DNA from: Octopus vulgaris
Lineage: Eukaryota
Length of the DNA stretch: 64,000 nt
Direction: 5' to 3'
Assembly (NCBI GenBank): GCA_951406725.2
Contig: OX597828.1
Coordinates: 33,418,001-33,482,000 of the forward strand
The notes under the pieces were generated by a model. It was not told the DNA's origin, did no database searches, and was given only the letters and a program-made list of their open reading frames with translations. Of the stretch, positions 53,441-64,000 are shown in pieces; positions within the stretch are counted from its first letter, which is position 1; every line of letters starts with the position of its first letter. Position numbers and translations under genes: made by a program.

Positions 53441-56400
53441 TACAAATAACGAGCACATAACTTCTGGGCAGTACTTTTTTTTTCTTTCCTTTTCCTCAGT
53501 TACAAAACTATACATATTTATCAATTTATAAACATTCTTTCATTTGCAGAAATTCTTTGGCTGATGTGTTTATTTGTTATTGAAATATAATTGTAATTGT
53601 GAAAAATAATTGCTATGAAAGTCTAATTTATGAAGTATTATAATTCCTATAATGGAATTAGTCTATTTCCTGTTTACAACTAAAATTTCAACATGTTATT
53701 GAATGTCTATAATAGTATAAAATAATCTACTTCCCCTTATACTAAGATACTAAGATGCGTCTACAGTAGACAATATCTATAAAGTCTGTCAAATTTATAC
53801 TGAAATTTTCTTTTTTGGAAATTCATGAAAACTCTATAAGCAAACTTTTTACTTTATTTTGGTACGCAATTCTGCCCGCTGAGCTTAGAAACGAAACTGT
53901 CTCCTGGCTCATTCGAAAGAAAGAAAAACAAAATTAAGCAAATGAATAATGATGCATAAAAAATAGTAGCAAAGGTTTTGAAATTAATGAAACTAAAAGA
54001 AACACTTCGACTTCCTCTCAATCGTAATGTATTGATTTTAAGTTGGCACCAAAGATTGATCACTGCATCCAACGCCAAGCTGCAAACGTATTTCGTTTTT
54101 AATTAGAAAAAATATATTGCTGTTTTTCACAGGAGTTCGAGAGTTCATTATCATTAAGACTTGGCTATATTGAAATGTTGCAGTTTCGGTATTTGTAATA
54201 AAAATAACATTTTGTCTTTTTTGCGAAAACTATATATCGAGCATTTATTTATTTATTTATTTTTATCCTGCATGTTATGTTAAGTTAATTTTTTTACCAT
54301 TAGCTTGAGGATAATCTTCCTCTAGCTCGTTGATTTTTTTTGTTATTAAATAACGCGAAATATATACCATTGTTCGTTCACAAATGTAATTTCTGCAGAG
54401 TACATCAGACAACTGTAGCGCCACAACAGAAATTCTCTTAGTGAATCGACCTTTTCAAAACAATCAATGTCACAAGCATTGTAATCAAACAATTGAAGGC
54501 TCAAGCGAAAAGTGTATATATTCAACGAATAATTAGAATGAATAGCTTAAATCCGACAGCCATTCATTTCCTAAGGCCAATCAGATTCAATTTAAATCAC
54601 ATATTTACATAAATACTGATAAGACAAAATGTCTGACCTAATGAGTCACAGAAATCTTTAATAATCTATAGATTTCAATGATAGGAAATAGATTGTTTCT
54701 ATGTTTTACATTATTGAATGTTTATTAGATTTTTAGTATAATTATTGTTTTGTAGTTTCAGTAACGTCTATGTTATGAAAGATTTTACTGAAGCAGTCGA
54801 AATCAAAATGTGTAACCGATTTAGTTCGAATCCTTTACTTTCTATTTGCAATCAAAGATTAACTTTTGGCCGGCTGACAAAGAAGTCTGGGAATTAAAAT
54901 TGGTCAGCAAAGCAATTTTGTTTACTTAACACCATTTGTTCTGTAATTAGATTTTACATTGTTATTATTGGTAATTGTCACGAAAGATTTATAATACGCC
55001 TTTCATTCTGAGAGATTTCAGTCCTTCAGCCATTAGACAGTAATACTATTTATATCTAATTCACTCACAGCTGGGTTACAACCTTCTGCAATCGCTATGT
55101 ATTGTTTAGTAATAATATCTGTCTCATTCACTTACTGCAAGGTTACGTCCTTTGGCCATAGTTGAGGATGGCTTAGTAATAACAAATTTGTCTGCTTCAC
55201 TCAACTCTATGGACTGTTCAATATTAATAGCATTGTTACATGCATCCATAGTCAATAGCAATTTATTAATAACAGATTTGATACATCCACTTATAATGTG
55301 TAGTTCAGTAATAACAGATTTGTCATATTATATCAGATTAGTATCGGCAGTTCAGTCAATATATCTATATGCAAGAAACCATTGTTATAAATGCGTCTTT
55401 TGAAGAAAAGAACTCACTGTAAAACATGCAAGTCATATAACTCTACAGGAGCCGGAAGCTGGAATACATTTTCTTAAATATGTCACTATCTTCTTTCAGT
55501 TGATCCGAACATCTTTCATAATCCCAAGAGTTGCAAAAAGGAGAGAGTTTCAAGTTATTAAATTGCTAAGTACTGTTTACATTCCACTGAAGTTTTAGCA
55601 ATTATATTTTGACGATTTTAGCTATAATACTCGAACCAAAGTGAAGGACCGCTCCTGAAAAACATGGCACTACGAGGTGGCTACTCCGTCTTACTAAAGA
55701 TGCGTTTCTAATAATGATTTCTCAAGCACTAAATAAATGTTCCTATAAGTGCCGAAAGGTATTTGAGAGTTGGTGATTATCTGTGGCTTCTTGGTCTTGT
55801 GCCCATAGCAAATACATCTTCACAAATATGTCAAACGACATAAGATATATCAGTGAATACCTCTGGGATTGCTTCTACAGATAAAGTTCTTCAGATAAGG
55901 CTTCTTTTCATTTTCTAGTGAAAAGATCAAATATATTTAGATTAAAGAACTGGTTAAAATCATTTGAGCAACTGACAAAATATCTTGCGTGGTTATGTCT
56001 TTTCCCATACTGAATTCACATTTCACCGATGTAAAATTTAGCTTTTATCCTTCAGGAATCGATAATCTATTTCGAAGATTATTTCCTTCTCATCACCGCC
56101 ACCACTTCCCCTAGGAAGAAAGACCGTTCTCAATGACAAGAACATTATATTCACATAAATATCTTTCTCGGTAAACACTGAAATGAACTCAAGTGAGCAA
56201 TATGGCGCAGACAAGAAACACAAGAGAAGAAATGTAGCGGTTATGAACTCACACGTTTGGACTGACGACTTGACTATCAAATTAATATAACCATTGTTAT
56301 TTCGCTACCATACGCACACTTTGCATTTTTTAAATACTCACAAGGTAAATAGCCAAAGACGGATACTTAGGTTTGCATTTATCATTATATGTATATCGCA

Positions 56401-59400
56401 TCATGATTATTTACTGGCCTTAAATATGTATAAAACCAAATTATATGTCATGTAATTATTCTCTAAGTTAATCACTGAGTAATCTTTATTTTAGGTAAAG
56501 CCCTTCTAAGTAGTTCAACAAATACAATGGAATCTGTTCTTTGCTAATGAGGTTATAATAAACCAAAACATGTCCTGAGTTAATTCTCATACATACAGAT
56601 ATAATTAAAATAATATTTTTTATCCGTATTTGTTTTTGTTATTGTTGTTTCTTGTTAGGAAGGGTAAGGCGGTGCTAATGATCATTTATATTTTCAGGAA
56701 GTCAGAACGCACAGAGACTGAACAACTACTACAAGGTATTTTGTTCAAGGCGTTAACAATTCTGCTAATCCATCGTCCTAAGATGGTACATGATTTTAAC
56801 GACCCTCACCCACAACAAAAGGGAATCCGACATTGATATTAGCTGAGTTCAGTCAGTAGAAATATATACCACATGTTATTTTCTCCTAAGTTGTTTGTTT
56901 CAACCAAAACTCCACCTTGATTAATATCGTTTGTTTTTCTCTTCATGGGAAAATGATTTCTAATTAAATACAATCAAAGAAAACTGATGGCGGCCTGCGG
57001 CGGTGATATTTGTATTATTTGGGAAAAAGCGACGAACGGAGTGAAATTTCCACTGTGAGTGGAATTTTCAAAGCTTCAGATTGCAACGTTCTTTGGAGTA
57101 AAATTGACAATAGGGAAACAAAAGTAAAGCAGCAGAGTTTGACTTACTTTATGTTTCAGAAATTGGCTGCAGCTAATGAGGAACGCAAGACAATGTTATC
57201 TTCATACGTAGACAGGAACTAGTAGGGGGAAAAACTATGTGAGAGAGAGAAAGAGAAGGAAAGAGAAATGAAAAGAGAAGCGGGCGAAGGTGAGCTAGAT
57301 GGGAAATGGAGTTGCAAAGAAAGGTGAAGAAATAGAATGAGATTACTGAAATAAGAGGTGTGGTGGTAGGAGGGAACCCGCTCATTCAAACACGTCGTTG
57401 ACATGGTAGCATTTCCTTGGGGATACCGATCCATGGTGTGCGGAGATACCGCACGTTAATAAATAGGCAATGGAATAGCTGCGTAGTGCTAAGCTTATAT
57501 TGAGTTACTACGAGTGTAGTCCGATACTTTACAGTTTTTACATTCGAAGTAATCTTTATTCATTAAATTGAGACAAGATTTCCATATTATTTTTATAGAA
57601 TTAATTTAGTTACAGGGACCCCTGAATAAATTAACCTGTTCCTTTGACAGTTTTTGCCTTCCTGTTTTCTAGTAATCTTCCTCAACAGACAAACCTTTCT
57701 AAGTGTCCCAGTTCAATCATTGTTGGCAAAGTAAGAGACACAGAGTAAGACAAGTTCAGAAGTGATAGATCCTACTTCTAGTCAGAAGATTAGAACAGGA
57801 TAGAGGTATGCACATTGGTAGAAGCCAGGTATCTGCACTACTGTTCTGCTTTGTGAATGGGTCAGATAAAACTACGTCTAGGGGATCACATACAAATTGA
57901 AAACAATCAGTGGGGATTTAATTTAAAGTAATTTAAAGCAGTTTCCCCACAGACTCTGTTTTCGGCAGTTAAGAAGAAGGTATCAGTCATTTTAGTTCAA
58001 TTCCACCACTATAGGTTTATCCTTCCCAGCGAGGAGAAAGCTTCTTGAAAATGTCCATCTTTCAATGTCACAAAAAGTTTCATTGCACAAGTCTCTTCTC
58101 CCGAAATGTGTGTTAAGAATACTGAATTTCAGGGTTTGTCGTTATCGTTGAGAGTGTCGAGATATCATGTGTGTCTGCGACGATGAAATGTTATCAATTC
58201 TTTAGTCGCATCATTCATAGAGGTACTTAGAACGATGTAGTATAGACAATAGCAAACGGAATACTTCGGTCGTCCGAGTGGCTGTAATACTTTGTTACTT
58301 TTATAATTCATCAAGAGTCCTCAAAAATGCCAGAACTGAGATGGGGGATGTAATCATAAACGATTCTACAGTTCAAGACGATGGTCATCACCGACAGTGT
58401 GTGTATATGTATGTGTGTGGTTATGTGCACATGTGGGTATGTTTTTGGCATTGTTTAATGTGGTAGATTACTATTTGTGAGATATTTGACCGCCATTTCC
58501 AGCAGATCGAGCGACCACTTAAAATCCTCTTTCTCTGTGGCTCGCAAAAAGTGAGTTACGTGAAATGGGGAATTAAAACTGCATCTTCAACAGCTCTGCT
58601 TTGAAGGAAGGGTATACAATTATGTCAAAAGGTAACTTAACCATTCACAAAATTGATTTCGCTAAAAATCAGTCACAAGGTGAAATATGTATTGGCATCG
58701 ATAATATCGAGCAAAATCCCTTGAAGTTTGTGCTATCGTATAACCGCAATCTAATTACTGAAATTAGAGAAAAAAAACTGTTACACTCTGTAATATCTAC
58801 TTGCAAGCAATGTTGCAAAATCGAATTCAAAGACCCACTCTCTATTGATCTAATGGAGATGTTCATAGTAATTATATATATTCCATTTAGCATCTAACAT
58901 AAACACTTCGACCTCACTAAACACATCGCTGATCGAGCGAATACAAAGTAGAGAAATTCTTTCAAGGTATGTGCACAATTTTGAACAGATCGTAGTGCAC
59001 AATTTTGTCAAGGCAGCACATAAAACAAACAAAGCTTTTTCCTCTCTAAATAACAGCATATCTGCACATCTGCATATCTGCTTAGGTGTGCAAGTCACGG
59101 CTGCATCAAGTGAGCGAATCATGCATTAGACTTTTTAGTGCTTTAAGATCGCATTGAATTTCCTAATGAAAATCATTCTCTAAATGACGCGATTGCTAAT
59201 GAACGGTTTAATTCAATCCTTAATTTTGTTTTTTTCGCTTTTGCCGCTGTGTGCTTCTTCGTTGTAGTTTGAGAAATTATTCGCTTCATGATGTCAAGTT
59301 AGTCATTAATTTTGCTTTCTTTCAATTATTTATTGTTTGTTTTTAGAGGAGTGAGGATCTTGTCTTTTTACGTTGTTTTTGTTTTTCTTTTTGGTGGTGG

Positions 59401-60457
59401 GGTGGGTGGGTAGCGGAGGATTTATATTTGTGATTCTGCTGTAAATAATGATTTCTAATAATTTTGATCCCGAAAGAAGTGAGAAAAGCAAAATTGACAC
59501 TCGGCAGGATTCGAAAGCAAGAAATGTAGTGGAGCATAATTAAATACTGCAAAATATTTAATATAACACTCAACCACTCTCTCTCTCTTTCATACACTAC
59601 ACATGGTTCTGATACCAGTACAGGGTACGGCAAAACCATTCAGATTCTGCGCTATTTATGTTTCAACTGCAAACACACGGTACGCACCAATTCTTACAAC
59701 GTTGATGAAAGGTAAATAAAACGATACAATATTATCAAGATGAAGAAACCATTACCAACCGTTTGACTTTATTAGTGCCACACTAATGTCCATGTACAAT
59801 ATGGAGGGATTTTCTGCTGCAACCTGTAGCGATAAAAATAAAAGGTAATGGAATTAGAGAATCGGGATCAACATTTAGTATTACATTTAGTACATACATT
59901 CTTTCTGCTACACTTTTATTTGAAATCCCCAAATAGCCTACTTCTTTCTTCCAGCAACCGTTGGGATAAGTTTTCAAGATATAACAAGGGGTGTATGTTG
60001 TTTCTTTTTAATTTGGAATTGTTTCAAGTGCTAATATTAATATAATTCTAGTAAAGCTATCTTTCGCAAAAATCAATATATACTTGGTTAACAGATTCTG
60101 CTCTTGAACAAGAATTTTTAGCTCAGCTTAGAACTTGTGAAGTATTCTTTACTGCGAAAACTAAATCAAGTGGAAACCTCATTTCTGGCAATTCACCAAC
60201 TTCTGGGCAAATCTTTTTGGATTGCTTCTCTGAGACAAAATATTACAAGTGCCCTTCCATATTTGTATACACATCATATATGCAAAAATTCTACCGAAAG
60301 AGCTGTGGTAAATGTTAAATCCCATTTGTGTTCTTTTTATACCTACGCCGCACCTGGAATCAACCCTGTTATACATCTACACACCTGCAGTATACTACCT
60401 ACACATGAAATCTCATAACTAGTTCTTGTAATATTGCTTCTGTTACCAATTCTATGT

Positions 60458-60532
<75 letters not shown>

Positions 60533-61364
60533 TGTTATGGTATCTAACCAGGTTTTTGCGTCCAACGTGTTGATGCACCTAGATACTAATGAATCCATAA
60601 CAATATTGATATATTTAAGTATGTATGTGTGTGTGTGTGTGTGTGAATTAGTAACCGTTGAAATTGCAACCCTACTATAAAATGGTGCAGTCTCTTCAGG
60701 CTCTTGACTTGCTATCCCTCGGAATGGCTGTTTAATGATTTTAATGATTTTCTTTGATAACCTCTACATTATATAACGTAAAGTTCTCCGTTAAATTAAA
60801 CGCGAACAGTCACCGTTTCAAGTTCTTACTGGATAATCATATATAAATCTTATATAGTTTGAGAATAATAACTATTCATTTATACTTGGCAAATGTGAAT
60901 TTCTTCATGTGCAAACATCTCAATGCTTGTTCCTGTCTAGAATTTATTACCTAATCCTCATATATGAAGATCCGATATAATTCTTCTAAACATGAGTCAC
61001 ATCTATTAGTTCCATGCCTGTATGGTTATTTACACCGTAGATAAAAGAAAATCTTTAAATGGCCAAATCGAAGGATATCAAGTAAAGAGCCTGAAGAAAC
61101 TGCACCGGATTTATAGTAGGGTTCCAGCTGCAACGGTTACTAATTTGTGCAACTGAAGCATTAGTTCGTCTATGTAAGGCGATATATACGTTAAAAGTAT
61201 TACGGTAAAGCTATGCAACTTCGTAGTAATCCTCATTATTAATATTGTTAATATTTATATTCCAGGAAGCCTATATGGATAAGGAAATATATTCAGAATT
61301 ATCCATTGGATCATTCATCGAATTTCTTGTCTTATAAGAACTTTACTGGATTTATATGTTAAAT

Positions 61365-61576
61365 CTCTTTTACTCTCTTTACTCTTTTACTCTTTTACTT
61401 GTTTCAGTCATTTGACTGCGGCCATGCTGTAGCACCGCCTTTAGTCGAGCAAATCGACCCCGGGACTTATTCTTTGTAAGCCCAGTACTTATTCTATCGG
61501 TCTCTTTTGCCGAACCGCTAAGTGACGGGGACGTAAACACACCAGCAATACTAGGGGGACAAACACAGACACAAAT

Positions 61577-61630
<54 letters not shown>

Positions 61631-61765
61631 GACAGGCTTCTTTCAATTTCCGTCTACCAAATCCACTCACAAGACATTGGTCGGCCCGGGGCTATAGCAG
61701 AAGACACTTGCCCAAGATGCCACGCAGTGGGACTGAACCCGGAACCATGTGATTGGTTAGCAAGC
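61365..61765 (-). mobile_element. SINE family A, young copy with probable TSD
   Basis: (CTCTTTTA)n tail and head GCTTGCTAACCAATCACATGGTTCCGGGTTCAGTCCCACTGCG. Flanked by TATGTTAAAT (61355-61364) and TATGTTGAAT (61766-61775). Confidence 0.92.
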
Positions 61766-62865
61766 TATGTTGAATAACATATTTTGAAAACTTAACTGGG
61801 AGCAAACCGGTAATCATTTTTGGGTAATCCCTTACTTTTTACACACACACACACATACACACACACAGGCACACACACACACACACAAACACACATATAT
61901 ATCGTTGAAAAGGAGTTAAGAGTTCATACATATCAAAAATTATGGTTAAAAATGTAAATAAAACTTTATTTAGTTTTTTAACTATATATATTTAATGTTC
62001 TGTTACGTGATATATGTACATTCACAAGCATGCATACATACACATATAAACATTCATTTATACACATAGATGTATAACTTTTAATAGTTACTTACAATTA
62101 CTGTTGATGTTACTTACAAGATGTTTCACGTGGACATTATTCCAGTTTGTATTCGGCTTCTTCAGACTATCAAATATGATATTCAGATGATAAACTAATT
62201 CAAGAAGCGAAGAAACTACTCAGCACTTAGTCAGGAGTCTATTGATTATTTAAGCTCTAATGCCAGTTTCACGCGACTGCAATCGTCAAGCGAATTCTGA
62301 GTTTTGGTCACTCTGACATGAAACTAAAGTTGAAAGAGAATTAATTTTATTTAGATAACATATACCATGCACTTAGTAGCGCTGTGAATTAATCTGTGTG
62401 ATATATTAAAAGCCTGTTTTTTTAGAATAAAAGGTAATATATCAGTAAGGCATTATTCCAAAACCGGGTTTCAAATTCCGGTTGAAGCTAAGTGTACAAG
62501 TCTAATCAATTCCGCCTCACAAACCTTTACGAAACATCACGTAAAAATATGGGACTTTTGTAACACAGCCAATCATTGATAATAACTACAGGAGATATAT
62601 TATTACGCTATATTAAAATTTTGTTAACGTTTCATGCATGATTGAAAGTAATCGCGGATTAACATATTTCCATCACTGCTCATTAAATTCAGGAACAATA
62701 ACTCTTAAATTTATTTTTAGCTTAGATCAACGTTATTTCCACAAGTACAGCAACCGTTATTCATTTGTTTTATTACAACAACAAAGAAAAAGAAACACAG
62801 AAATAACAATTAATAACAACTGCTTGTAGTACAGCTGCTGCCACCATTTTTTATTAATGATAAGT

Positions 62866-62911
<46 letters not shown>

Positions 62912-63099
62912 TAATAATAATAGCAGTAATAGTAATAACAACAATAACAATGATAATAACTGTAACAGTAATAACAACAACAACAACAACAAGAATAATA
63001 CTAATGATAAAATTATAACGACCAGAGCAATACAATATTTAAGTTTTATTTTTACATTAACAGTCGTCACCATTGCCATCATTCTCATCTCTTTCATCA

Positions 63100-63392
<293 letters not shown>

Positions 63393-64000
63393 AAGTGAAT
63401 TGAATTGGTTTCAAATGCATTTCATTGCTTTTACCATTCAATGGGTTTGCTCAATGTGAAACTGTAGAGTTTTTCAGAAACAACCGGAAGATTCTAGAAA
63501 GGCTTGTGACCCAATCACTATAAAAACATATTAACGGACGCTGGTTGCGCTTGGCGAATGAAACTTTTACAGTCATGCTTGAAAGCGTTTGGCTTTTAGT
63601 CAATTTAGGTCCAAAAATCTATTTAGGGGATGCCGGTAAAATTTTAATGTACGCATTTGTTATTTTACCTCTATCTTGATTGCTTTCGATGTCTCGAAAA
63701 TTTTTGCTACGTTCTTATAGTATTTTTGCTGGGTGGGTGGGTGGGTAGGTAGCCATTTCCCATTGATAACCAACGCCCACAGACACACTATACACACACA
63801 CAAACACACACACATATATATATGCATATATACAAATATATGTGTATGTCTGACTGCGTATTTATATGTGTGTATATATATATATATATATTGTATCCAT
63901 ACATGTATATATACACAAGTATTATATACATATATACATATATATATGCATGTGTATGTATACGTGTGTGTATGTATACATTTATATGTAAATATATGCA

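Overview
AT-rich eukaryotic DNA dense in microsatellites ((AT)n, (AC)n, (AGAT)n, (ATAC)n, (AAT)n, (GAA)n) and transposon relics. The SINE sequences resemble those I recall from Octopus genomes, so a cephalopod origin is an inference. I cannot support any intact host protein-coding gene, and most of the ORF track is translated microsatellite. Recognisable content: three tRNA-derived SINE families, Tc1 and mariner remnants, a Helitron Pif1-helicase remnant, degraded LINE pieces, two related foldback MITEs, and at least five Penelope-like element (PLE) coding fragments (RT and GIY-YIG). The most interesting signal is a set of minimal type I hammerhead ribozyme motifs in three or four repeat families. 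One family is a short non-coding element with a tRNA-like Pol III head, an (AAT)n spacer and a hammerhead. All three of its loci show the inverted 5' junction typical of PLE insertions, suggesting a ribozyme-bearing SINE mobilised by Penelope-like elements. Boundaries of degraded elements are approximate and all translations were done by eye.
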